64,000 nucleotides of DNA from assembly GCF_000315625.1 (NCBI RefSeq), contig NW_005434655.1, forward strand, positions 892,672 to 956,671, in the 5' to 3' direction. Position 1 is the first letter of the stretch; each line of letters opens with the position of its first letter. Source of the stretch: Guillardia theta CCMP2712 (taxonomy: Eukaryota > Protista > Cryptophyta). Below, one piece after another: positions 1 through 11,801 of the stretch. The translations under genes were made by a program, and so were the position numbers. The notes below the pieces were generated by a model, which was not told the origin of the DNA, did no database searches, and worked only from the letters and a program-made list of their open reading frames with translations.

Positions 1-1070
1 GATGCTTTTCCGTCACATCCATCGCTTGTCTTCCTTGTGGTCAGGCGGTGAGAAACTTTGAAGCACGAGAATCGTACTGAAAGTTTCGAAATTCTTTTTG
101 AACTTCTCTTGCTGCAGGATGTAAGTACAAGTTCTTGATTTTATTCTTTGTGAAAGATCGTTTTTCCCACTTATAATCTGTCATACAACAGACGGTACCA
201 TTATAAACTTGAGCTCTTCAGCGCATTTCTAGAGAATGACTTGTTTGTTTTCTTACTGTGTGATGGCTACATCATCGTACAAAGGCGGTGAGTGAATGTA
301 TGATGCGAGTGTTCTGTTGATATTTGTTGTAAAACGACAAGTGATGACAATGAAATAGGCGGTGAGTTCGACAGATTTCTGTCGTTTCCTCTTTGCGACT
401 GAGATATGTACAAGTATGTCTTCCGAGCGGGAGATGACAACAAGTGCAAGGGGTGCGGAAAGCTGGAGGGTGAACATCACACCCAATTCAAGTTCTGCCA
501 TGTAAGAAACATCACCTTCGTTCATGTCAGCGATTGACGTCGATGTTGGAATCTTGAATCTGAACTATCACATACAAACAGCGGGTGAGGAAACATCTTT
601 TTGTGTTGTTTTTAACAATAATTGACTTCATGACTTTCGCTTTGATATCTATTTGGCTTCCGCTTGCAAATGTGACCTCTATGAAACATCAGGATGTAAG
701 TTGTTATCATGCATTCATACTCTCGGTCGTCTGACTATTTTCTTGATTTTGTCCTGTATACAGACAGTGAGTTTGTGACCTTGCAATCCTCTGATGACCT
801 CCATTTGTTTTTCATACCTTCTTCTTCTGAATTCAATTTTTTCAGAGAGTAAGTGTCTTCCCTCAGTCCTGTTTTCTTCAAATCTTTCTCCTCTCCTCTC
901 TCCTCCTCTCCTCTCCTCCCCTTTCTCCTCTCCTCTCCTCTCCTCTCCTCTCCTCGAACTCCCCTCGCTTCATCTCCGCCCTCCCCTTCTTGTCAAATTC
1001 AGTTTGACGTCTGACACAGTGTTGTATCTGTCACTGCGACAAGCTCACTGAGGGCAGGAGGAAGGCAACC

Positions 1071-4000
1071 ATGTGTCCCTCCTGTCAAGCTCGTCTCCTC
1101 GTCATGCGCGACCTCGAGCAGCAGCTGGCCAGCAGGAGGAGTGGGCGCAACCTGTCACGGGACCTTCTCCTCATCCAGCAGAGCCGTTCGCATCCCACCG
1201 GCATCGGCCTGACCTTTCACCGACGTTTCGATCTCCTCCTCGCACACTACCTCTTCGGGCTGGAGGAGGAGGAGGAGGAGGAGGAGGAGGAAGGGAGGAG
1301 CCAAGTGGAGGCGTTGCTCTCAGCTGGAGAGCTCAGTTGCTGCTATGACCGCAGCAAGTGCATCCTTGACCTCTCCCTCGACACCTCCACCATGAAGTGG
1401 AACGTGTCAAGGGACCTCCGCCTCCGGCGACTCCCCAGCTGGGCCGCAAACTTGTCGGTCCCAGTCCGCGTGCTGGACGTGTCCGGGAACCCCTCACTCC
1501 TCAGCCTCCCCGTGGACGACCTTCAGAGCAAGAATCCTCTCCTCGAAGCGCTCATCTGCAACCGATGCCCCTCCCTCAGCCTGCCGCCCCCCGAGATCGC
1601 CGACCAGGGAGGAGAGGCTGCGCTCAAGTACCTGCAGCGGGTGCAGGAGGCGAGCATACAGAACAAGCACATGCACCTGATCCTCATTGGCAATGGAGAG
1701 GCCGGCAAGACGAGCGTCCTTCACGCCCTCCAGTCCGCTGAGAGCAGAGCTGGGAAGATCGACGAGGACACGGGCCGTACCATAGGCATCGACCTGAAGC
1801 ACTGGAGTCTGGAGGAGGAGGAGGACGGGCTGACGTTTGACGTGATGGACTTCGGAGGGCAGGCGGTGTATACCAAGACAAACTTGTACTTCCTAGTCCG
1901 ACGGGCCCTCTACCTCCTCGTGTGGAACGTGAGGTCGCAGGCTCCCGGGCAGGGAGAGGGGGAGAGGATGAGAATGGGAGAAGAGCTGGAGACTAGCGTA
2001 TCCCTGTGGCTGCGAGCGATCCAGGCGAGAGTGCCGGGAGCGAATATCCTGCTGGTGGCCACCCATGTGGACTTGGGGACGAGGGAGGAGGTGGAGGAGC
2101 AGTGCGAGGCGGTGAGGCGATGCGTGTTGGAGGAGAAGAGGCTGATGGCGAGGCACGAGGTCGAGACCATCCTCCCGCTCAACGTCATCAACGAGGGGGA
2201 GAGCATGCGGGTCAGCTCGGTGACGGGGGAAGGGGTGGCGGAGCTGCGAGCCGCGATCTGCAGGGTGGCGAAAGGGCTGCTGTGGTGGAAGGAGAGGATT
2301 CCAAGGAGCTTCTTGCAGCTGAAGGAGGCGGTGACGAGGAGGGCGCAGGAGGATCGCTCCTCCATCGACCTGCGGGAGTACAGGGAGATGATGGAGGGAG
2401 CAGAGCTGGACAGAGACGAGATGGTCGTTGCCACCACCTTCCTGCATGAGACGGGCGTGCTGAAGTACTTCGGCAAGGCGCTGAGGAGGACGATCGAGCA
2501 GGAGGAGGTGGAGAGGAGGGAGAGGTACTCGTTTGAGGACACGGTCTTCATCGATCCCTTCTGGATCGTCGAAGTCTTCAAGGGCATCTTGCGGCACGAG
2601 TGGCAAGCTCTGATCGACTTCTTCCAGCAGGATCCCAGCAGGTCGAAGATGGTGAAGAGAATGCTTCACCTGGGCGTTATCCACGAGTTTCTCTTCCCCT
2701 TCCTCTGGCCCCAGCACCCGCACCAGCTGGGAGGAGACTTTTGGAAGCTCAGCACTGAGCCGAGCAGGCGCATAGACACAGAGAAAGCTGTCGCCCTCCT
2801 GCGTGGTTGCGATCTTGCCCACTTCCTCCCTACTCCCACTCATCTCCTGCACGACAAGCAGCTTGCAGACTCTTCTTCTTCCTCGTCCCCCCCCCCCTCC
2901 TCGTTGAGGAAGGAGCTTCTGTGCCCTGGCATCATCCCACACTTCGTGCGGGAGCACAGGTATCCCATCCAAGAAGCGACGAGCTTGCACCTGTGCATGC
3001 GGATCGTATACAGCTCGCTGCCTCCTGGCTTCGTTGACCGCCTCATCGTCAAGTGCGCTTCGAGGTACAAGGACGTCGACTGTAGCGCCTCCATGGCGGC
3101 GTTCTTCGGCTGGGGGAGAGTGCTCCTCTTGCGCTGGGAGGAGGAGAGGAGCAGCAGCTCGCTCGTCGCGCACGCATCAACGGAGCAGATGCTGAGCAAT
3201 CTTGACAAGGACGTGACGTCACTGGAGGCGTTCTTTCCCGGGCTGAAGCGATTCAAACGAGAGGTCACAGGGAAGGAGGACGGCGACTTTGAGCTGGTCC
3301 AGGTTGGAATCTTCTGCCAGGGTGAAGAGAGCAAGAGACTGGCGGACGAGCTTCGTTCTGAGCTTCTGCTGCGATATGCCAAAGAGCACGGGACCCCCGC
3401 CAGGGTCGTTCCAACGTTCTCTTACACTCAGTCTTCCGCTTCCTCCGTCGCATTCTTCTCTGGTGAAGTCCTGGAGCTCAGCACACTCACGCGTGTGGTC
3501 AAGGATGCAAATGAGCAGGGGGAGGAGGAGAGGGAGGAGGAGGAGGAGGAGGGCAGGGAGGAGGAAGATTTCAGAGATTGTATCGTGCACATCTTGCTGA
3601 TCTCCAAAGGATGTCTGAGGTCGAGCGATGGGGAGGAGTCTGCCTTCTTGAACTTGTGGAACAGCCTGACTGCGAAGAGAGCAGCGATCGTTCCCGTTGT
3701 GCTGCAAGACTATGTCGAGGACATCCGAGACTTCACTCGGTGGTGGCCGGAGGGAGTGAGTGGGATGGAAAGATATCGAATCTTTCATAGTTTCTCGCGC
3801 TCCGATGAGTCGATGAACAAGTTGTATCAGACTGTCATGAACAAGTTGGACCTGTGGAGAGGAAGGAGCACTGAAGAAACAATCTGCGTCAACGACCAGA
3901 ACCGTCTCAAGTGCAAGGAGTGCTTCAGGTCGTTGGATGACATGTCGGAGATTGGGGAGTTCGAACTTCCTGACGACATCTTGGAGGTAGAAGGCGCAAT

Positions 4001-4829
4001 GGAGACAGTGTTGAGCTGCAGCAAGCGCGGTCACTTGTCAACCCTCGCTGACGTCATTGACTTCAACAACTCCTGTGCTCCTTGTCCTCTGTGCGTCAAG
4101 CACAACCGGGTTCCCTTCTTCTTCAACAGGATGGAGTGTATCAGCAAGCTCTACGGCGACCTGACCGCCTGCGTGACATGCGGGGAGTGTGCAGGATCGA
4201 TCAACGTTGTCGACATTACCCCTCCTCAAGTCTTTATCAGCTACCAGTGGGGCCACGGAGGCGTCACGCAGACGCTGGCACGGCAGGCAAAGCGCTTCAT
4301 CGAGACGAGGACGGAGCTCTTGTGCTGGCTGGACGTGGAGGGAGGGATCCTGTGCGGGGAGGATCATATCATGAAGATGAAGCTCGGGGTAGAGCGATGC
4401 GACGTCTTCATTGCCTTTATGAGCGACAAGTACGTCAAGAGCGAGAACTGCAGGAGGGAGTTCGCGCAAGCCTGTGAAGCCAACAAGTTCATCATCCCAG
4501 TGATGGTGCCGATCCTCTTCGATGAGAGGAGTGACAGCGACGAGCTGAGAGAGTCAGAGTCGGGCTGGAAGGGGGAGACGGCGACTGACGATTGGTGGAA
4601 GCGAATCTCAGCCATGGAAGGGACGCGAGAGGTGGAGGTCAGGTGGAGCCACCTGGCGTCATTCCAGAGGAGGGTAGAGCTGAGGGCGGAGAAGCAAGAG
4701 GAGGGAGGGGAGGTCAGGGCGGACGAGTCTTGCCTCGACCTGCTCCTCGCCATCCTCCAGTCTCGAATCTACCGAGGCAACTTCGTGAACCACGTGGTTG
4801 CCTGCTACCTGAACTCGAGGAGGAGCTGA
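1071..4829 (+). CDS. Roco-family protein: LRR - Roc GTPase - COR - degenerate TIR-like - Cys-rich - TIR (likely has further upstream exon(s))
   Basis: LRR-like segments (VRVLDVSGNPSLLSLP, LEALICNRCPSLSLPPPEI). Roc motifs GNGEAGKTS, TIGID, DFGGQ, THVD. COR hallmarks FLHETGVLKYF and VFIDPFW. C-terminal TIR motifs VFISYQW, CWLD, FIAFMSDKYVKSENCRREF. The frame is open upstream to a probable acceptor near 1019. Confidence 0.9.
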   Translation: MCPSCQARLLVMRDLEQQLASRRSGRNLSRDLLLIQQSRSHPTGIGLTFHRRFDLLLAHYLFGLEEEEEEEEEEGRSQVEALLSAGELSCCYDRSKCILDLSLDTSTMKWNVSRDLRLRRLPSWAANLSVPVRVLDVSGNPSLLSLPVDDLQSKNPLLEALICNRCPSLSLPPPEIADQGGEAALKYLQRVQEASIQNKHMHLILIGNGEAGKTSVLHALQSAESRAGKIDEDTGRTIGIDLKHWSLEEEEDGLTFDVMDFGGQAVYTKTNLYFLVRRALYLLVWNVRSQAPGQGEGERMRMGEELETSVSLWLRAIQARVPGANILLVATHVDLGTREEVEEQCEAVRRCVLEEKRLMARHEVETILPLNVINEGESMRVSSVTGEGVAELRAAICRVAKGLLWWKERIPRSFLQLKEAVTRRAQEDRSSIDLREYREMMEGAELDRDEMVVATTFLHETGVLKYFGKALRRTIEQEEVERRERYSFEDTVFIDPFWIVEVFKGILRHEWQALIDFFQQDPSRSKMVKRMLHLGVIHEFLFPFLWPQHPHQLGGDFWKLSTEPSRRIDTEKAVALLRGCDLAHFLPTPTHLLHDKQLADSSSSSSPPPSSLRKELLCPGIIPHFVREHRYPIQEATSLHLCMRIVYSSLPPGFVDRLIVKCASRYKDVDCSASMAAFFGWGRVLLLRWEEERSSSSLVAHASTEQMLSNLDKDVTSLEAFFPGLKRFKREVTGKEDGDFELVQVGIFCQGEESKRLADELRSELLLRYAKEHGTPARVVPTFSYTQSSASSVAFFSGEVLELSTLTRVVKDANEQGEEEREEEEEEGREEEDFRDCIVHILLISKGCLRSSDGEESAFLNLWNSLTAKRAAIVPVVLQDYVEDIRDFTRWWPEGVSGMERYRIFHSFSRSDESMNKLYQTVMNKLDLWRGRSTEETICVNDQNRLKCKECFRSLDDMSEIGEFELPDDILEVEGAMETVLSCSKRGHLSTLADVIDFNNSCAPCPLCVKHNRVPFFFNRMECISKLYGDLTACVTCGECAGSINVVDITPPQVFISYQWGHGGVTQTLARQAKRFIETRTELLCWLDVEGGILCGEDHIMKMKLGVERCDVFIAFMSDKYVKSENCRREFAQACEANKFIIPVMVPILFDERSDSDELRESESGWKGETATDDWWKRISAMEGTREVEVRWSHLASFQRRVELRAEKQEEGGEVRADESCLDLLLAILQSRIYRGNFVNHVVACYLNSRRS

Positions 4830-5573
4830 TGATTGTGCCAGGCCAAGAGCCCTCTCAAGTCGCTGCCAGGAGGGTCAGGCAAGAGTGTCCTAGCTAAGAA
4901 GCTGAGCGTACGAGTCGACGAGGACAGGAGGGAGAGGATGTTGACTAGGAAGAAGTCAAGGCACAAGAAGGTGGCGTTCGTCCCCGACCCGACCATGTTC
5001 GAGTTCCAGAGGATCGACAAGCAAGGTGCGTTGATGTGTCTCTCCCTCTCCCTCTCCCTCTCCCTCTCCCTCTCCCTCTCCCTTCCCTGCTCTACCTCCC
5101 TTGCCACGTCCTGCTGATCCCCTACAAGCGCCTCCTCTGCCGCGTTCTGCTACTGCCCAGCTCCTCCTCCTCCCTCTCGCACCAGCTCATGGCGCTCCTC
5201 CTCTCCTCCTTCAGGGCAAGGGAGGCTCTCCTGCGATGTGCTCTTCGAGGGCCTCCTGCATCGCTGGGACCAGGACGAGCTCAGCATGCTCTTTGACGCC
5301 ATGGTGACGCTGCTGGCGCTCTCAACAGCTCGGTCCTCACTAGCTCTCAGGTCGTCAGCCGAGACGGTTCCGTGACCCTCGACGAGTTCCTGCGGGCTGT
5401 GCAGAAACTTCCGCAGACTCCCCGACTGTAGGAGAGGAGGCCCGGCGTTTGATGCCAAGTTACGCCTCTACTCTCTTATTCGCTTCCACGTGCAATGAGC
5501 GATTGACGGAAGTCATATTGGGAACTCCCTCGCTGAAATCTGACTCAGCCTACGGTCACAGGTGAAAGAAAGC

Positions 5574-5700
5574 CTTACTCAAAGTTAAGTTAAATATCAG
5601 TACGAGGAAAATCAGGAGAGTCGACTAAACCGGCACTACTGTCACACAGGCCATAGTACGGCGAGAAGAGAAAAGACAGCGAGGACCAACCCTCAGTAAA
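5574..5700. repeat. Dispersed ~150-bp repeat family, copy 1
   Basis: Shares TACTCAAAGTTAAGTTAAA..CAGTACGAGGA..ACAGGCCA..CGGCGAGAAGAGAAAAGACAGCGAG with copies at ~23620, ~28720, ~58303 and an inverted partial at ~55223. Confidence 0.8.
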
Positions 5701-6136
5701 CAAATCCTAACATCTTCCTCGTCTTCCTCGTCTTCCTCGTCTTCCTGCCCTCGACCTTCGTCATCATCTTCCTGATCTTCATCAGATCCCGCTATCCCAT
5801 CTCTACTCATGGATGATCCTCTTCTCTTTCTAGATTTTGGTAAGTCAGTATTGGTGACAAGGTCTCCAAACAAACTCTTCAAATCTTTCTATGCCATTGG
5901 GAGTATCAATTCGGGTCTTCGTCGACAGCCCAGGGATTCACTTTGAGTAACAGAGGCACGATCCTATTGATCTTGCATCGGTAAACTTTCTTCGTACTAT
6001 CAGCGATGACTTTGTTCTCTATTAGGTCAAATGCCCTTTCTTGTCGTCGTCGTCGCTCCTGCAACATGGCGTCATTTGCTCTGCATTTTTCGGGCAGTTC
6101 TGGTTCTATACAAAAATGTTTACTCAATGTCACCAT
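5700..6136 (-). pseudogene. Possible fossil of a tyrosine-recombinase (Crypton-like) transposon N-terminus
   Basis: IADSTKKVYRCKINRI resembles the STxxxY helix of the tyrosine-recombinase core-binding domain. It continues across a frameshift and a stop as ELILPMA*KDLKSLFGDL. No catalytic domain is seen. Confidence 0.3.
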
Positions 6137-6270
6137 GAGTCAGCATTATTGCGTGGTGCTACCTTGGAGTGCTCTGTGCACAATGATTTTGACGAGATCA
6201 CATTATGAAGGCAGTACCACCCACTCCTGCACATCCAATGGGGCGGATAGTACCGGTATGTTGCACAAAT

Positions 6271-6458
6271 CGATTAGCCTGTTAAGTGAGTTTGACCAGG
6301 GCGGCATGGTCAGCCGAAGGAGACGTACAACCTTATACATACTTTTAAATTTTCGAAATCTCTCCGTTTAGTGGGCCAGAAAAATTGATTAGCCTGTTTC
6401 CTCAAGTGCAAAGTGAGTTTGACCAGGGCACGGTCAGCCGAAGGAGACGTACAACCTT
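6271..6458. repeat. Imperfect ~65-bp direct repeat pair
   Basis: GATTAGCCTGTT..AAGTGAGTTTGACCAGGGC..GGTCAGCCGAAGGAGACGTACAACCTT occurs at ~6271 and ~6387. Confidence 0.85.
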
Positions 6459-6665
6459 CGCTTACCCCTACCCCACCCTCACAGCCGAAATCCTCGGGTA
6501 CAACCCTAGCGTCGGTGACAGGTAGCGCCTTTTGACCAGAAGCTAGTCAGCCTAATCCCTATCTATATATAGAGATACGACTCGCTGCCGCCGCAGACTC
6601 TCCTCGCCTCTCTTCGTTGCTGGAGAATCTTCATCTATTCGTCAGTCCTGTCGCTGCATGCCACT

Positions 6666-7931
6666 ATGAAGGTGTGAGTGTTAGCCGTGCTTGTCTCCAC
6701 TGAGTTATTCTGATCAGACTGAAACTATCGCGTTGGGCTTTGGCCTCAGCATAGCTGCGGGAGCTTGCACTTGTGTGGGATTCCTAGCAGCTTTCTGTGT
6801 CAAACTAGAGAACAGACTGGTCTTTGCTGCCTCGTTAGCAGCTTCTGCTGGAGTCATGATGTATGACATGTCTAACAAGCTCTCTTGTGCAAGCGTGAGA
6901 AGCTCAGTTGTGCTTTCCAGATTCATCTCCCTTACCGAAATCTTGACGATCAAGACTGTCGAGGGCTTCAAGGGAGCTGGGCAGTCTGACGCAGAAGCAA
7001 TGAGATACTCCATATTAACATTCTTTGCTGGCGCCTTTATTTGCCATCTTATCGACGTGTTTGTAAGTTACATGATGCAAAGGTCCCATCAGGTCCTGAA
7101 AAGACTGGTGCTTCTTGAACTGACGCTAATGGAGATAGCAGGTTGAGAGTGACGAAGCCGCGGACAGACAAATGAAACAAACCCACGTGCAGGAATCTCA
7201 GTCTTCGATTGTGATTGCCACTACCCATGCCCATCAAATCCCGCTTTGCGCCCCTATCAGTGCCCCAATGCAGGACTTCGTACCTCCTTCTAAGGTATCA
7301 AAACTTGTATGCTTCTCCGTCTCGACTCATCATCTATATGTCGCTTCTAGGACGAGCTTGAGCAAGGGCCTGTGGACGGGCCCCTGTCTCTTGTTCTATC
7401 AGAGGATAGGGAAAGAGCCAAAGAGCTTCTGCGAATGGGCATACTAAGTGCTGTTGTCATTCTGGTCCACAACATCCCGGAAGGCGTTGCTACTTTTGTC
7501 TCAGCAGTTGCAGATCCAACCGCAGGCGTCGGAGTTGCATTTGCGATCGCACTGCACAATATTCCTGAGGTGACTGACATGCACTAGATGCGTTTATCAT
7601 AAGCGAGCGCTTGTTGCAGGGTTTGATAGTTTCAGTCCCAATCTACTTAGCCACTGGAAGCAAAATCAAGGCTTTTCTATGGACTGCCTTTTCGGGAGCG
7701 GCAGAACCATTTGGTGCTCTGATAGCCTTCACAGCCCTCAAAAGCTCCGACATGAGCCCTTGGGCATACGCTTTTATCTTCGGCATCGTCTCGGGGATCA
7801 TGACTTACATATCCTTGACCGAGCTGCTGCCTACTGCCTTGAAGTATGATCCGACAGATCGGGTCGTCAAGAAATCCCTGTTCCTTGGAATGTTCATTAT
7901 CGCCATTTCCATCATTCTTTTTGAGGTTTGA
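6666..7931 (+). CDS. ZIP-family (ZupT/GufA-like) zinc/iron transporter, multi-exon
   Basis: Two HNIPEG motifs (VILVHNIPEG, AIALHNIPE/G), SGAAEPFG, GIMTYISLTELLP and multiple TM segments. The start is approximate. Confidence 0.9.
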
Positions 7932-8539
7932 ACAATCAGCGTGAATCTGACTGTCAGGCAGTGCACTGCGGCAGGCACGCAGGCAGGTTCGACCCGCCCG
8001 CTTTCTGAAGCCAGTTCCGCAGGCACAGTATCACAGGCTATGCGGCCGGAGGAGGCATCAATTAAGAGCAACGAGGTTTCAATGGTCTCTCTCTCTGTTC
8101 GTTGAGGCAGTAAGAGTTTTCACGTATTTCTCCGATGCTTCCGAGGGCTATTTATCTTACTGTACGCATTTAATACATAGAAACTCGTGCAGATTACTGG
8201 CAGGCCCGGCTCAGCAAGCCCCTGCTTTTCACTTTTTTCGCCTCGCCTGATGCATTCTAAACGCAGATTCTTCAGCCTGGTCTGTTGTTAATCAAGCCTG
8301 AGTGCAGAGGATTCAGTTGTAATCGGTTGAGGACATTTCAGAAATGTCTCCAAGTTTCTGTGTCGGCGGGAGGATAGAGTAATGTTATAGCCTGAAAACC
8401 TTGATCCTTTGGCCCGGTAGAGGTAGCCTGAAGACTTTGGGTTGTTTGGGCAGGAAAGGACTTCGAAGAGCAACAAGACTCTCAGAAATCGAACACTCAA
8501 CTCTTGTCGGACGGAGGTTTGGACGTTGACTTCGGCCTG

Positions 8540-8930
8540 GCCAGCTCTTCATTCTTGTCCCCGCTGTGGAGTTTGCTTTCTTCAAGCGTCAGCTTCCATA
8601 CCAGGAGGGCGGGGATGGTTTCACGCCTCAAGCAGGGGTCAGTCTATCAGCTTATTACATCGCCACGGCCACCTTCTTACAATGGAGCGCTACTCTATCC
8701 TGCGGATGGTACCCTCCGTCAAGCGGACGAGCCGGATCTGGTCCTCCCTCCCCTACTCGTCTCCTTCCTGCGGGTACATCAGGCCCTCCTTGATCGTGGA
8801 GTGCCGAAATACCTGGACCTCAGTGACATTTCGATCCCATCTCCAGCGCTCTTTCAACTCGCGGGCGGACCTCCTTCCCCCCCCCCCCCCCCGCGTTCAG
8901 TCACAGGACGGTTGATCGCTTCCTGCACGG
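8540..8930 (+). mobile_element. Degenerate non-LTR retrotransposon fragment (RT thumb region)
   Basis: QLPYQEGGDGFTPQAGVSLSAYYIA resembles the LPxxxGGLG...AAYxAS motif that follows RT in RLE-type (CRE/R2/NeSL-like) elements. The frame is broken by stops. Confidence 0.45.
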
Positions 8931-9062
8931 GCTAACCCCGGCTAGGCTGCCTCCCACATGGGCGACCTGTGTATCTCGCATGGGTCCTGCCGTCCTCCTC
9001 GCAGGAGCAGATTTCAACTCTTACTTAATTCTAAAAACTTTTATCCGGCAGGCGCATTCGCA

Positions 9063-11280
9063 ATGAGCGAGGCCTCGCAGTTGCGACAAAGGTGGGGCGA
9101 TGCTGCCCTCGTCCCTTCGTCCTCCTCCTCGTCGATGCTCTCCTCTCCTCTCCTCTCCTCTCCTCTCCCCCTCCTCTCCTCTCCTCTCCTCTCCTCTCCT
9201 CTCCTCTCCTCTCCTCTCCTCTCCTCTCCTCTCCTCTCCTCTCCTCTCCTCTCCTCTCCTCTCCTCTCCTCTCCTCTCCTCTCCTCTCCTCTCCTCTCCC
9301 CTCCTCTCCTCTCCTCTCCCTCTCCCTCCTCTCCCTCCCCTCCTTGATGTCCCTGCTGTTCCCCAACCTCTACCTCGACCTGCTTTCGCCTCCTCGGACG
9401 ACTAGCCCTCTACAACCTTATGAAAGACATCTTAATAGCACGTCCCAGCTCTTTGTTTTCTCTTCTTCTTCTTCCCTCTTTTCTCCCCTCTCCTACGCCT
9501 CCCCTGTCCACTCGCGTCTTCCTCTTTATTCTCATCGCAGGCGGCCAGCGGGCAAGGATGAAGGAGGCGGAATCAGTGTCGAGTACGAGCTGGAGGAGCT
9601 GGAGCTTGAGAGGAAGAGGATTGAGCTCGAGCTTGAGGTCATGGTCGCCACTCCTTCTGGTTTCCCTGACGTGCATGCAGTCTATCCAGCTCAAGGAGAA
9701 GGAGATGGCGTTGAAGCGCAGGAAAGCGGCGAAGGAGGCCACCGGAGGGTTCGACGTCTTGACGGAGACAGACAAGAAGCTTGCAGAGCAAGACCTGAAG
9801 GAACGACGAAAACGTCAGCTCGTGCTTGCAGCGTGCTTCTAGATCCTGACATGACTCTGTGCAGTGCTGCAGCGTATCAAGGACATGCAAGGTTGTCGAC
9901 GTTGATATTCTGCGCGATCCGATGACCCTTGAAACGTTATGATGCAGACGACGGTACGAAGAAGACTCAATACAAGCTGCTGCTCCTCGTTGTGCTCTTT
10001 CCACTCATAAGTCTTGCGGTCATCATGCCGATCTTCCGCTTCATGTACGAAGAGAAGGTCCCGATAGCGTCATGCCGACGTCCTCGGTCCTCATAGTTTT
10101 GCCGCAGATCCTGCCGAATCCATGTCAGGGGATCTGCGATCTGACTCCAGACTTGCTGGCCAAGATGCCCAAGGGATGTGTGCCTGAAAACCCGCAGCGA
10201 GTCTTCTTCATGGACATTCCCACGACTGGCGCAAAACTTTTCTCACCTCCTCTAAATGTCTGTCCTGGGATTCTGCTGGGGTCGGAGTGACAGTTTGTGC
10301 CAGCTACTGAAGAATGTCAAGGAGTGGGAGTTGGTCAATCTCCGCTCTTGGAGGGATGCTGTGTATGCTGCCCCTGTGTACCTGAGCCCCGCGAGCCGGA
10401 CGGCCTATAACGATGCTGAGTACGAGGTGATCTACAGGTTCAGTTGACTTCCCTTGCGTGGCCGTTGCTCAAGGGATCGCAGGAAGAACGTCGGGAACCT
10501 GATCAACTCTCTGGTTCCCCATCGCAGACTCTTCTTTGGAAGCACCTACGTCCACGATGACAACATAACGAGCAAGAGTAACCACAACGAGACTGTGCGG
10601 TACATCACTTTAATCAGAGAGCCTTTGGTAGGCCTTGGAAGGGGAGGAGGGGGAGAACTTCGATTTGACTAGGTCGCAGGCTCGTCTGCAGGAGCAGTTT
10701 GAAGCTGACCGAGAGCACGATCAGCAAAAAGGCAAGTCGAAGTTCGTCACGAACCTCAACTTCGAGGAGTGTTTGCATGTTTCTGTTTGCAGGTAGTGTG
10801 AAAACAACGAGGCAGCTGATGAGACTGATCTGGGTCATTGCAGGACCTCGCATCAGTTCTCAAGGTGGTGCAATCTGCAAACAAGATACTTCTGTGGTTG
10901 GGGGAAAGAGTAAGATGCGATCTTCATGGCTCGATCGCACTAACATGTGCCAGTTGTCTCTATGACAAGAATTTGAACGCAACAGAGGCTATGTTGAAGA
11001 AAGCTCTCCACAACATAGACACTTTGTTCCTTGCTGTTGGTTAGCATGGCTCCTTTCCTCGCTCCCTTTCCCATCCGCTCTCCCCTCCCACCCACTAGTC
11101 TTCCTCCTCCTCACAGATCTTTGTCCTCCCTCCCCCGCTCCCCTTTCTTTCTGATGTTTCCTTTGGATTCTCGCAGGTATCTTTGAGGACTTTGACTTAT
11201 CTCACAAGCTCTTGGAGACCTTGCTTCCAACATACTTCCAAGGGTGAGGCTGCCTCTCTCCCCTCTCCCCATCTTTCCCA

Positions 11281-11341
<61 letters not shown>

Positions 11342-11648
11342 CTCCTCCTCCTCGATCATAGCGGCATGCTGCGAGTCACAGTGATATCAGGTTGGGCGAA
11401 GAGTTGAAGAGCAGCGGAGGAGCAGGAAAGGCTCCCGAGCAACCGAAGCATCTGAAGCAGGAGATGATGCGTTACTGCTGGGCGGACATGGCCTTGTGAG
11501 AAGAGGCAAGAGGTCTCTTCCTCTGGTGCTGACGGTCTGGTCAAGGTACGAGCACGTCAAGAAGAAGCTCGCGCAGCAGGTGCCCCCGGCAGTCGAAGTT
11601 GATCCTGCTGACTGTGTGCAGGCTAAAAGTTGCAAACTCACAAGATGA
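9063..11648 (+). CDS. Golgi-type sulfotransferase-like protein (heparan/galactose sulfotransferase fold) with N-terminal coiled coil, multi-exon
   Basis: RVFFMDIPTTG (5'-PSB-like), VRYITLIREPL (3'-PB), ALHNIDTLFLAVG-IFEDFDLSHKLL and YEHVKKKLAQQ. The start is uncertain. Confidence 0.7.
9137..9345. repeat. (CTCCT)n microsatellite, probably intronic
   Basis: Long near-perfect CTCCT run; a shorter run lies at ~888-955. Confidence 0.95.
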
Positions 11649-11801
11649 TGCGATTCGGAGGGAGGAGGGAGGGAGGGGGGGGGGGGATGGAGAAGTAGGT
11701 GAGGGGGAAGAAGAGGAAGGGAAGGAGAAGGACTCATAGTTGAAGAGGGAGGGATGAAGACAGAAAATAAAATTTTTGATGCTTCAAATTCAATGGTGAC
11801 T

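Noticed and set aside
1893-4469. Long antisense ORFs under the Roco gene
   Set aside because: They are shadows of GC-rich codon usage with no motifs.
4833-5460. Small gene downstream of Roco
   Set aside because: There are coding-like fragments on both strands, but I could not build a consistent model.
8970-9052. HDV-like ribozyme (P2 CCTGCCG/CGGCAGG, P3 TCC/GGA, loop TCCTCGCA)
   Set aside because: There is no good P1, no P1.1 GG, no P4 and no properly placed catalytic C. It also lies 3' of the RT fossil.
8958-9925. SSPLL / RGEER repeat proteins
   Set aside because: These are translations of the (CTCCT)n microsatellite. The same applies to ORFs over the repeats at 11.3, 15.6 and 48.8 kb.
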